The notes below the pieces were generated by a model, which had not been told where the DNA came from, searched no databases, and worked only from the letters and a program-made list of their open reading frames with translations. A program made the position numbers and the translations under genes. DNA of 64,000 nucleotides from contig CAJKQY010000001.1 in assembly GCA_905202145.1 (NCBI GenBank), positions 19,782 through 83,781 of the forward strand, given 5' to 3'. Positions 42,924 through 53,575 of this stretch are shown here, piece after piece. Source of the DNA: an uncultured Collinsella sp. (GTDB taxonomy: Bacteria > Actinomycetota > Coriobacteriia > Coriobacteriales > Coriobacteriaceae). The first letter of the stretch is position 1. Every line of letters starts with the position of its first letter.

Positions 42924-44645
42924 ATGACCCGAGCAATGTATATGTCTAAGCTCTATGCGCCGACGCTTAAAGAGGATCCGGCGGACGCTGAGCTCGCCAG
43001 CCACCGCCTGCTGCTCCGTGCCGGCATGATCCGCAAAGAGGCTGCCGGCCTGTATTCCTATCTGCCGCTCGCATGGCGCTCGATCCGCAAGATTGAGAAT
43101 ATCGTGCGCGACGAGATGGACGCTGCCGGTGCCCAGGAGCTTATGATGCCTATCATGGTCGACGCCGAGTTGTGGCGTGAGTCCGGCCGCATCGACGCCT
43201 ATGGCAAGGAGCTTGTGCGCTTTGACGACCGTCACGGTCGCGAGTTCGTCCTGGGCCCCACGCACGAGGAGACCGTCACGGCCCTGGTGCGCAATGAGCT
43301 GCGCTCCTACAAACAGCTGCCCGTCAACCTGTACCACATTCAGGACAAGTTCCGCGACGAGTTCCGCCCCCGCTTTGGCCTGATGCGCGGTCGCGAGTTC
43401 ATCATGAAGGACGCCTACAGCTTCTCCGCCACGCAGGAGAGCCTGCAGGAGGAGTATGACAAGATGAAGCAGGCCTACGCTAACATTTGCGAGCGCTGCT
43501 ATATCAAGGCCCTGCCCGTTGTTGCCGACTCCGGTGAGATCGGTGGCGATACCTCCGTCGAGTACATGGCTTTGGCCGACGCCGGCGAGGCTTCGCTCGT
43601 CTACTGCGACGATTGCGGCTTTGCTGCCGATGACGAGGCGGCAAGCACCAAGGTCGTCGTGACCGAGGGTCCTGGCGACGGTACGCTCACCAAGGTTGAG
43701 ACTCCGGGCATGGGCACCATCGAGGCCGTTGCCAAGTTCTTCGGCTTCCCCGAGAACGGCACGCGCAAGTCGCTGGCGCTCATCGACGCCGAGGGCAAGC
43801 CGGTTGTGGCCATTGTCCCAGGCGACCACGAGCTCAATGACTGCAAGGCCGAGCACGTCTTCGGCAAGGGCTATCGTATGATGACCGACGAGGAGCTCCA
43901 GGCGAACGGTCTGCATAAGGGCTTTATCGGACCTGTCAACCTGCCCGAGGGCATCCGTCTGGTGTGCGACGAGAGCCTGCGCGATTCCAAGCAGTGGGCC
44001 TGCGGTGCCAACGAGGTCGATTATCACTTTACCGGTGCCTGCCCCGAGCGCGACTTTACCGTCGATGAGTGGGCCGATCTGGTCACCGTTGTCGCCGGCG
44101 ACCCCTGCCCGCACTGCGGCAAGCCGCTCTCCGCTGCCCGCGGCATCGAGGTTTCCCAGGTCTTCCAGCTGGGCACCAAGTACTCCGAGGCCATGGGGGC
44201 CACCTTTATGGACGAGGACGGCAAGGAGAAGCCGCTTATCATGGGTTGCTACGGCGTGGGCGTGTCTCGCTCGCTCGCTGCCGTCGTGGAGCAGCACAAC
44301 GACGAGCACGGCATTGTCTGGCCGGTCTCCGTCGCTCCGTACGAGGTCGCGGTGATTCCGCTCGACCCCAAGAAGGAGGAGTGCGCTTCCGTCTGCGAGC
44401 AGATCGTTGATGGCCTGTGCGCCGAGGGTATCGAGGTTGTCGTCGACGATCGCGATGAGCGTCCCGGCTTTAAGTTTGCCGACAATGACCTTATGGGCTT
44501 CCCGTATCAGGTGGTGCTCGGCAAGCGTGGCCTTAAGAACGGCACCGTCGAGCTCAAGGACCGTGCCACGGGCGAGCGCGAGGACGTGGCGATCGACGAG
44601 GTCGTCGCCAAGGTCGCCGAGCTTGTGAAGGCTGCGCGCCGTTAA
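42924..44645 (+). CDS. proS: proline--tRNA ligase (bacterial type with editing domain)
   Basis: Class II aaRS motifs and INS editing domain; the start may be one of several N-terminal Met (42924-42942). Confidence 0.9.
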   Translation: MTRAMYMSKLYAPTLKEDPADAELASHRLLLRAGMIRKEAAGLYSYLPLAWRSIRKIENIVRDEMDAAGAQELMMPIMVDAELWRESGRIDAYGKELVRFDDRHGREFVLGPTHEETVTALVRNELRSYKQLPVNLYHIQDKFRDEFRPRFGLMRGREFIMKDAYSFSATQESLQEEYDKMKQAYANICERCYIKALPVVADSGEIGGDTSVEYMALADAGEASLVYCDDCGFAADDEAASTKVVVTEGPGDGTLTKVETPGMGTIEAVAKFFGFPENGTRKSLALIDAEGKPVVAIVPGDHELNDCKAEHVFGKGYRMMTDEELQANGLHKGFIGPVNLPEGIRLVCDESLRDSKQWACGANEVDYHFTGACPERDFTVDEWADLVTVVAGDPCPHCGKPLSAARGIEVSQVFQLGTKYSEAMGATFMDEDGKEKPLIMGCYGVGVSRSLAAVVEQHNDEHGIVWPVSVAPYEVAVIPLDPKKEECASVCEQIVDGLCAEGIEVVVDDRDERPGFKFADNDLMGFPYQVVLGKRGLKNGTVELKDRATGEREDVAIDEVVAKVAELVKAARR

Positions 44646-44674
44646 TCGGCGATTTCGCTTGTAGTTCGATATAC

Positions 44675-44728
44675 GGGACGGTTCCGCATTTCTCCAGATA
44701 GGGGAGATGCGGGGCCGTCCTTTTATCT
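44675..44728 (+). terminator. long rho-independent terminator after proS
   Basis: GGGACGGTTCCGCATTTCTCC...GGGGAGATGCGGGGCCGTCC then TTTTATCTT. Confidence 0.7.
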
Positions 44729-44751
44729 TGTCGGCGTGCTCAATCGCTAAA

Positions 44752-44792
44752 AGGAAAAACCCCACAGCCCATGCGAGCTGCGGGGTTTTTCC
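44752..44792. terminator. bidirectional terminator (A-run, CCCCACAGC..GCTGCGGGG, T-run) serving the minus-strand kinase gene and proS
   Basis: Hairpin flanked by AAAAA on one side and TTTTT on the other. Confidence 0.7.
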
Positions 44793-44827
44793 TTTGTGCC
44801 TCCGATGCGAAATGAATCGCTCAGATA

Positions 44828-45592
44828 TTACTGATAATCGACGACGTCGATCCAGTTCTTCAGGAACTCATCGTTTACGTTGCGCTTACGAGCGAGCTCG
44901 GAAGCGGCGACGATGCTCGTCCACTGACGCACGACCTGCATGGGCATGTCGGCGCGGTCGCAGTAGAGCTCCAGGTAGGCCTCGCCCTGATCCTTGCTGT
45001 TGAGGGCAAAGAGCAGGTAGGTGGTGGCAACGTCGGCAGCAGGGGAGCCTTGGGTGGCGTGTGCCCAGTCGCAGACGTACAGCTGGCCGTCGTCGCCGAC
45101 GATGACGTTGGAGGGGTTGAAGTCGCCGTGGCAGACCTTGAACTCCTTGGTCATGCCGTCCAGACGCTCCTGAAGGTTGTAGCGCGTGGTGGCATTGAGC
45201 TGATCGAGGCTGTCGATCATGCGGGCGAACTTGTCGCGCTGACGGTTGAGCAGCGGGGAGGTGTAGCCGTGGATCTCGATCTGGAGGTCGACGAACATCT
45301 CGAGGTACTCACCAAAGCGCTGGGGCTCGGCAGTCATCTTGTCGGCAAGGGTGGTGCCCGGAACCTTCTCGGTCACGAGCGCCCAGCCGTTGGCGTTCTC
45401 GAGCTGAGAAACCTCGAGAGCCTTGGGGCTGCGGATGCCGCACTCATTGATGCGGGCAAGATTCAAAGCCTCGTTGAACACGTCAGAGACAGGCTTGGTC
45501 TCGTTAAAGACCTTGACGATCTTGTCGCCCAGGTCGTAAACGACCTTGTTGCCACGGCGGACGAGCTCGGTCTTGGAATCGGGTAGCAGCAT
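44828..45592 (-). CDS. aminoglycoside-phosphotransferase-fold (APH/choline-kinase-like) small-molecule kinase, substrate unknown
   Basis: Brenner motif HGDFNPSNVIV and downstream D..W region; monocistronic between two terminators. Confidence 0.65.
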   Translation of the reverse strand: MLLPDSKTELVRRGNKVVYDLGDKIVKVFNETKPVSDVFNEALNLARINECGIRSPKALEVSQLENANGWALVTEKVPGTTLADKMTAEPQRFGEYLEMFVDLQIEIHGYTSPLLNRQRDKFARMIDSLDQLNATTRYNLQERLDGMTKEFKVCHGDFNPSNVIVGDDGQLYVCDWAHATQGSPAADVATTYLLFALNSKDQGEAYLELYCDRADMPMQVVRQWTSIVAASELARKRNVNDEFLKNWIDVVDYQ

Positions 45593-45625
45593 GGTTGCAT
45601 CCTTTCAACGATGCGATAGAAGCGA

Positions 45626-45662
45626 CGGCGGGGGTGTGTGAAACACCCGTGCACCCCCGCCG
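45626..45662. terminator. 11-bp perfect stem hairpin downstream of adhE (CGGCGGGGGTG...CACCCCCGCCG); weak U-tract
   Basis: Inverted repeat read from the sequence. Confidence 0.45.
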
Positions 45663-45680
45663 TTAAAAACCGTGCTAAAA

Positions 45681-48329
45681 CTAGCAGACGGCGTAGTCCT
45701 GGGGCTCGCGGCCGTAGTAGGCGTCCAGGTAGAGCTCCTTGATCTCGCTCATGAGCGGGTAGCGCGGGTTAGCGCCGGTGCACTGGTCGTTGAATGCCTG
45801 CTCGGTCATCTCGTCGAGGGTGTCGAGGAAGTACTGCTCGTCAACGCCGTACTCAGCGATGGTGTGCTTGACACCGATGAAGTCGCAGAGCTCGGTGAGC
45901 TTGGCGATGAAGTTCTCGAAGACCTCACGGTCGTCCTTGCCGTCGATGCCGCAGTAACGAGCCATCTCGGCATAGTTGTGCAGCGCGTTGGGGTAAGGAT
46001 ACTGAGAGAAGGTTCCCATCTTGACAGGAGCCTCGGCGGCGTTGTAACGCATGACGCGGGTCAGGATGACTGCGTTTGCGAGGCCGTGGGGCAGATGGTG
46101 GAAAGCGCCGAGCTTGTGGGCCATGGAGTGGTTGAGGCCCAGGAAGGCGTTACCGAATGCCATACCGGCCATGCAGGATGCGTTGTGCATCTCCTCGCGG
46201 GCATGCGGGTCCTTAGCGCCGTTCGTGAAGCTGGAGGGCAGGTTCTCAAAGACGAGCTTGGCGGCGCGCTCGGAGAGGCCCTTGGTGTAGTCGGAAGCCA
46301 TGATGGAGACGTAGGACTCGATGGCGTGGGTCATGACGTCGATGCCAGAGGCAGCGGTGAGGCCCTTCGGGGCGGTCATGCAGTTGTCGGCGTCGACGAT
46401 AGCCATGTTGGGGAGCAGCGCGTAGTCGGCGAGCGGCCACTTGATGCCGGTCTCCTTGTCGGTGATGATGGCGAACGGCGTGCACTCGGAGCCAGTGCCC
46501 GAAGAGGTCGGGACGGCGACGAAGTAAGCCTTCTTGCCCATCTCGGGGAAGGTGAAGATACGCTTGCGGATGTCCATGAAGTCCATGGCCATGTCCTCGA
46601 AGTTCGCCTCGGGGTGCTCGTACATCATCCACATGATCTTGCCGGCGTCCATTGCGGAACCGCCGCCGACGGCGATGATGACATCCGGCTCGAAGAGCGT
46701 CATCTGCTTGGCGCCGCGACGTGCGCACTGCAGGGAGGGATCGGGCTCAACGTCGTAGAAGCAGTCGTGAGCGATGCCCATCTCATCGAGCTTGGCCTCG
46801 ATGGCACGCGTGTTGCCATTCTTGAAGAGGAACTGGTCGGTAACGATGAAGGCGCGCTTCTTGCCCATTACGGTGCCGAGCTCGTCGAGTGCGACGGGCG
46901 TGCAGCCCTTCTTGAAGTAGACCTTCTCGGGTGCGCGGAACCACAGCATGTTCTCGCGGCGCTCTGCCACGGTCTTGACGTTGATCAAGTGCTTCACCCC
47001 AACGTTCTCGGAGACGGAGTTGCCACCCCAGGAGCCGCAGCCCAGGGTTAGAGACGGCTTCATGCCGAAGTTGTAGAGGTCACCGATGCCGCCGTGCGAG
47101 GACGGGGTGTTGATGACGATGCGGCAGGCCTTCATGACGTGCTGGAACTTAGCGATCTTCTCGCTCTGTGCCGGATGCACGTAGAGAGAGGCGGTGTGGC
47201 CCGGGCCACCTGCGAGGACGAGGTGCTCTGCCTTGTCAACGGCCTCCTGGAAGTCCTTGGCGTGATACATAGCGAGGACCGGGGAGAGCTTCTCGTGGGA
47301 GAACTCTTCCTTCTCGGGATCGGTGGAGGTGACCTCGGCGATCAGGATCTTGGTCTTGGCGGGAACCTCGATGCCGGCGAGCTCGGCGATCTTGGCGGCA
47401 GCCATGCCGGGGATGCGGTGATCGAGAGCGCCGTTCTTGAACATGGCGGCACGCAGGGCCTCCATCTCGGCACCCTGCTTGACGAAGTAGCAGCCGCGCT
47501 TCTGGAACTCGGCCTTGACCTGGTCATAGATGGTGTCGATGACGGTGACGGACTGCTCGGAAGCGCAGATCATGCCGTTGTCGAACGTCTTGGAGTGGAT
47601 GATGGAGTTGACGGCGAGCTTGATGTCCGCGGTATCGTCGATGATGACCGGGGTGTTGCCGGCGCCGACGCCGAGTGCGGGCTTACCGGAGGAGTAAGCA
47701 GCCTTAACCATGCCCGGGCCACCGGTTGCGAGAATGATGTCGACGTCGCGCATGACCATGTTGGTCAGCTCGATGGACGGCTTGTCGACCCAGCCGATGA
47801 TGCCCTCAGGAGCACCGGCCTTGACAGCTGCGTCGAGAACGAGCTTGGCGGCGGCGATGGTGCACTTGGCGGCTGCCGGGTGCGGGGAGATGATGATGGC
47901 GTTACGGGTCTTCAGGCAGATGAGCGTCTTGAAGATGGCCGTGGAGGTCGGGTTGGTGGTCGGGATGACAGCGCCAACGATACCGATCGGCTCGGCGACC
48001 TTGGTGATGCCGTAAGCGTCGTCGCGCTCGATGACACCGCAGGTCTTGGTGTTCTTGTAAGCGTTGTAGATGTACTCAGCGGCGTAGTGGTTCTTGATGA
48101 CCTTGTCCTCGAGAACGCCACGGCCGGTCTCCTCGATGGCGAGCTTGGCCAAAGGAATACGAGCCTTGTTGGCGGCCATAGCAGCCTCGTAGAAGATCTT
48201 GTCTACCTGCTCCTGAGTGTACTCAGCGAATTTAGCCTGGGCCTCACGCATAGATTTGAGTTTGGCCTCAAGCGCCTCCACGTTGTCCACGATGGCGGGA
48301 GTAGTGTTTTCCGGTGACTTTTTCACCAT
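45681..48329 (-). CDS. adhE: bifunctional acetaldehyde-CoA/alcohol dehydrogenase
   Basis: 882-aa ALDH + Fe-ADH fusion with conserved AdhE N-terminus (AQAKFAEYTQEQVDKIF). Confidence 0.93.
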   Translation of the reverse strand: MVKKSPENTTPAIVDNVEALEAKLKSMREAQAKFAEYTQEQVDKIFYEAAMAANKARIPLAKLAIEETGRGVLEDKVIKNHYAAEYIYNAYKNTKTCGVIERDDAYGITKVAEPIGIVGAVIPTTNPTSTAIFKTLICLKTRNAIIISPHPAAAKCTIAAAKLVLDAAVKAGAPEGIIGWVDKPSIELTNMVMRDVDIILATGGPGMVKAAYSSGKPALGVGAGNTPVIIDDTADIKLAVNSIIHSKTFDNGMICASEQSVTVIDTIYDQVKAEFQKRGCYFVKQGAEMEALRAAMFKNGALDHRIPGMAAAKIAELAGIEVPAKTKILIAEVTSTDPEKEEFSHEKLSPVLAMYHAKDFQEAVDKAEHLVLAGGPGHTASLYVHPAQSEKIAKFQHVMKACRIVINTPSSHGGIGDLYNFGMKPSLTLGCGSWGGNSVSENVGVKHLINVKTVAERRENMLWFRAPEKVYFKKGCTPVALDELGTVMGKKRAFIVTDQFLFKNGNTRAIEAKLDEMGIAHDCFYDVEPDPSLQCARRGAKQMTLFEPDVIIAVGGGSAMDAGKIMWMMYEHPEANFEDMAMDFMDIRKRIFTFPEMGKKAYFVAVPTSSGTGSECTPFAIITDKETGIKWPLADYALLPNMAIVDADNCMTAPKGLTAASGIDVMTHAIESYVSIMASDYTKGLSERAAKLVFENLPSSFTNGAKDPHAREEMHNASCMAGMAFGNAFLGLNHSMAHKLGAFHHLPHGLANAVILTRVMRYNAAEAPVKMGTFSQYPYPNALHNYAEMARYCGIDGKDDREVFENFIAKLTELCDFIGVKHTIAEYGVDEQYFLDTLDEMTEQAFNDQCTGANPRYPLMSEIKELYLDAYYGREPQDYAVC

Positions 48330-48471
48330 TTGTGTCTCCTTGCGATCGGAGATTTACCCTACGCCTTGCATGATAGCAAGAAATTATTCGGCGAACGGTA
48401 AGATTCCCGTAAAAGGCACACTAAAACGCTTCAACTAAATGAACCGTTTCAACTAATGCTGCATCGCCCCG

Positions 48472-48498
48472 CTCATTGGGGACAGACTTACATGAGTG
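48472..48498. repeat. left arm of 27-bp perfect inverted repeat (CTCATTGGGGACAGACTTACATGAGTG); part of a cluster of direct CTCATT(T)GGGACAGAC copies (also 48503..48520 and partial 48558..48568)
   Basis: Exact reverse complement present at 49114..49140. Confidence 0.9.
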
Positions 48499-48650
48499 CT
48501 TTCACTCATTTGGGACAGACATCGTTTTGCCATTTTGTCGTTCTGGACCTGTTTTTGCCGCTCATTGGATATAAATAGGTTACAGGCTCAGCATTTCGCG
48601 TTCCTTCTCTCCTTTTAGGTGTTGCCTGTTCAGTTTTGAAAGGAGAGAAT

Positions 48651-49235
48651 ATGCCTCGATGCGCCCGCGCCGTTTCGCTCACCGGCTACTACCACGTTTT
48701 TGACCGTGGCAACTCCAAGCAGATTATTTTTGAAGATGACTCCGACCGCTATCGTTTCTTATCGGACATCGCGGACAGGTTTGCACGCCATGAAGTGGCG
48801 GTGTTGGCTTGGTGCCTTATGGATAACCACTTCCATTTGATGGTTGATGACCCATATGACAACCTTTCAAAGGCAATGCAGTGCGCATTGACGGCATATG
48901 CTAAGTATTTCAATGGGAAAACGGGAAGAACGGGGCATCTGTTTGATAATCGCTATTCGCGGGTCGCGGTTGAGTCGGACACGCAGGCGGTGCAGCTGCT
49001 CGACTATATTCATCTCAATCCCGTGAAAGGCGCGCTCGACTCGCTCGAGGCGTACCGTTGGTCAAGCTATAAGGCATACCAGCTGGGCTACGATCCCTTT
49101 GACATCTGCAAACACTCATGTAAGTCTGTCCCCAATGAGTGCAAAAAGGCGCCCTCCGCATGGGAGGACGCCTTTGGTAAGTTCTATGTGAACGCGAGGT
49201 CTTTGACCCGGAGAGTCCGAGGTACTTGTTGGTAA
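48651..49235 (+). CDS. IS200-like / REP-associated tyrosine transposase (Y1_Tnp, HUH)
   Basis: HUH motif HFHLMV and catalytic Tyr region YIHLNPVKG; strong RBS AAAGGAGAG before the ATG at 48651. Confidence 0.75.
   Translation: MPRCARAVSLTGYYHVFDRGNSKQIIFEDDSDRYRFLSDIADRFARHEVAVLAWCLMDNHFHLMVDDPYDNLSKAMQCALTAYAKYFNGKTGRTGHLFDNRYSRVAVESDTQAVQLLDYIHLNPVKGALDSLEAYRWSSYKAYQLGYDPFDICKHSCKSVPNECKKAPSAWEDAFGKFYVNARSLTRRVRGTCW
49114..49140. repeat. right arm of 27-bp perfect inverted repeat, located inside the 3' end of the transposase CDS
   Basis: CACTCATGTAAGTCTGTCCCCAATGAG = reverse complement of 48472..48498. Confidence 0.9.
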
Positions 49236-49243
49236 GACCTTAT

Positions 49244-49432
49244 TTAGGAGCGCGCAACCTTGCCGGACTTGAGGCAGGTGGAGCAAACGTTCATCTTGCG
49301 ACGGTGACCATCGACGACGACGTAGACGCGCTGGATGTTGGGGCGGAACTTACGGTTGGTGACGCGGTGAGAGTGGCTGATGGAGCGACCGGCAACGGGG
49401 TGCTTACCGCAAACTTCGCAAACTTTGGACAT
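49244..49432 (-). CDS. rpmB: 50S ribosomal protein L28
   Basis: MSKVCEVCGKHPVAGRSISHSHRVTNRKFRPNIQ signature; RBS AAGGAGGG. Confidence 0.9.
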   Translation of the reverse strand: MSKVCEVCGKHPVAGRSISHSHRVTNRKFRPNIQRVYVVVDGHRRKMNVCSTCLKSGKVARS

Positions 49433-49872
49433 AACTGACCCTCCTTGGGCGACAAACGAACATGTCGCGTTAACAAACAAGCCTGAACTATAGCACAGAA
49501 GCATGTCTCTGTGCGCAATCTACACAGAGATATTTCTCTTTTGGCGATAGTGCCCACGCCACGGCCCTGGACGTAGATCCGATTTGCGTGCAGCAGAGGG
49601 GATTATGCCAGCTCGCAGCAAGGTTTTCAAGCGCGTCCCACAAATATATATAGGTTTATGGAGCGATTGGCTCCGTTTACGGATTGACTTGTATTTATGC
49701 TCGCAATTGAGCCCGAGGTTAGCTACACTATGCCTTGACCATTAAAGGGGTACGAGATACCCACATGGAATTACATAGCTGCCAATGAGTAGTACTTCCT
49801 GTGGGTGTCTGGTTCCGCTTTGAGCGGTCGGGCATCTATTTTTTTGACTGTGTCAGCAGTCAAGACATGTGA

Positions 49873-51401
<1,529 letters not shown>

Positions 51402-51418
<17 letters not shown>

Positions 51419-52691
51419 GAATGCCCACGTCGTCGACCCGTCCGTCGAGCTTGACGGTGTCGTTGACGTCCTGATTGACGGCGACAAGATCGCCGAGGTC
51501 GGCGAGAACCTCGCCGCTGAGGGAGCCGAGGTCCGCGACCTTTCCGGTAAGTACCTCGTCCCTGGCCTGGTGGACATGCACGTCCACCTGCGCGAGCCCG
51601 GCTACGAGGTCAAAGAGGACATCGAGAGCGGCACCCGCGCAGCTGCCAAGGGCGGCTTCACCGGCGTGTGCGCCATGCCCAACACCGACCCTGTTACCGA
51701 TAACGGTACCGTCGTTGAGTTCGTTAAGTCCCGCGCTGCCGAGGTCGGCCACTGCCGTGTCTATCCTTCTGGCGCCATGACCCGCGGTCTTAAGGGCGAG
51801 GCTATGTCCGAGATGGGCGATATGGTCGCCCACGGCGCCGTCGCCTTCACCGACGACGGTCGCGGCGTGCAGGGGGCTGGTATGCTCCGTCGCTGCATGG
51901 ACTACGGCAAGATGTTCGGCAAGGTCTTTATGAGCCATTGCCAGGACGAGGACCTGGTCGGTCACGGCCAGATCAACGAGGGCAAGGTCTCTACCCGTCT
52001 GGCCCTCGAGGGCTGGCCGGCGGCTGGCGAGGAGCTGCAGATTGCTCGCGATATCGAGATCGCCAAGCTGACCGGTGCCAAGCTGCACATCCAGCACATC
52101 TCCACCGCCCATGGCCTGGAGCTCGTGCGTGCCGGTAAGGCAGCTGGCGTGCAGGTCACTTGCGAGGCCACCCCGCACCACATGTTCCTGACCGAGAACG
52201 ACCTGGACGAGACCTACAACACCTCGCTCAAGGTCAACCCGCCGCTGCGTACCGATGAAGACGCCGAGGCTATCCGTCAGGGCGTCATCGACGGCACCGT
52301 AGACGTCATCGTCACCGACCACGCTCCCCACACCCCGTGGGAGAAGGCTCGCGAGTTCGAGCTTGCGCCCTTCGGCATGATCGGCCTCGAGACCTCGCTG
52401 GCGCTCGTGCTTACCGAGCTGGTCAACACCGGCAAGATGGGCATGGGTCGCATGGTCGAGCTTATGGCCATCAAGCCGCGTGAGATCCTGGGTCTGGACC
52501 AGGTTCAGGTCAAGGCTGGCTCCGTTGCCGACCTGACCGTGTTCGATCCCACCGCCACCTGGACGGTCGGCGAGGACGGCTACGAGTCGCGCGCCGAGAA
52601 CTCCGGTTTTGCCGGCCGCACGCTCACCGGTCGTGCCACCGATGTGTTTGTCGGCGGTAAGCAGACGCTTGCCGACGGCTGCATCTGCTAG
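51402..52691 (+). CDS. pyrC: dihydroorotase
   Basis: DMHVHLREPG metal-binding motif; ATG after GGAGG, overlaps the pyrB 3' end. Confidence 0.9.
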
Positions 52692-52783
52692 CATAGCCTT
52701 ATCGCTTTTGTGCGCGGCGCCCTTGCGGTGCCGCGCTTTCTGTTCGCCTGAACCATGCAACCGCATGGGGGATTGGAGCGTCT

Positions 52784-53575
52784 ATGCCCACACCTTCCAC
52801 TGCACGCATGCACGACTTCGAGGTCGTCTCGAACCAGGAGATCGCCGACGGCATCTTCTCGCTCGTTATCTCGGCTCCCAAGCTTGCAAGTGCGCTCAAG
52901 CCCGGTCAGTTCGTGAATATCGCCGTGCCGGGCGATGCTTCCTCGCTGCTTCGCGTGCCCCTGAGCTTCTATCGCGCCGACGCCGAGGCCGGCACCGTCG
53001 AGCTGTGGTACGCCGTCGTGGGCGATGATACCCGCCGTCTGTCGCAGATGGCCCCTGGCTCCACCTCCAACTTGCTGGGCCCTGGCGGCCGCGGCTGGTT
53101 CGTGCCCGAGGGTACCAGGAAGGCACTGCTCGTCGCCGGCGGCATTGGCGTTCCGCCCGTGCTCTGCCTGGCTGGCATGCTTGCCGAGCAGGGCGTGGAC
53201 GTTGACGTATGCCTGGGCTTTGGCACCGCGTCCAAGGCCGTGGGCGTCGATGAGTTCCGCGCGCTGGGAGCCACGGTCAACGTGTGCACCGACGACGGCT
53301 CGTTGGGCACGCATGGCTTCTGCACCGATCCTGCCGCCGAGCTGCTCGGCGAGGGCGGTTACGATTACGTCGCCAGCTGTGGCCCCGCCGTCATGATGAA
53401 GAAAGTCGCCGAGGCTGCCGCCGAGGCCGGCGCGTACTGCGAGGTATCGCTCGAGCGCATGATGAGCTGCGGCTTTGGTGCCTGCAACACCTGCAATGTC
53501 GAGACGGTCGACGGTATGAAGGGTGCTTGCATGTGCGGCCCCGTGTTCGATGCTTCCAAGGTGGTGGTCTTCTAG
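52784..53575 (+). CDS. pyrK: dihydroorotate dehydrogenase electron-transfer subunit (FAD/2Fe-2S)
   Basis: C-terminal CGFGACNTC...CMCGP cluster motif. Confidence 0.88.
   Translation: MPTPSTARMHDFEVVSNQEIADGIFSLVISAPKLASALKPGQFVNIAVPGDASSLLRVPLSFYRADAEAGTVELWYAVVGDDTRRLSQMAPGSTSNLLGPGGRGWFVPEGTRKALLVAGGIGVPPVLCLAGMLAEQGVDVDVCLGFGTASKAVGVDEFRALGATVNVCTDDGSLGTHGFCTDPAAELLGEGGYDYVASCGPAVMMKKVAEAAAEAGAYCEVSLERMMSCGFGACNTCNVETVDGMKGACMCGPVFDASKVVVF

Larger units (their letters stand above)
48467..49240 (+). mobile_element. IS200/IS605-family or RAYT-like element: Y1 HUH transposase gene flanked by REP-like hairpin repeats and a 27-bp perfect inverted repeat; lower GC than surroundings
   Basis: See the repeat and CDS features; GC about 50% versus about 64% in flanking genes. 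Confidence 0.6.
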
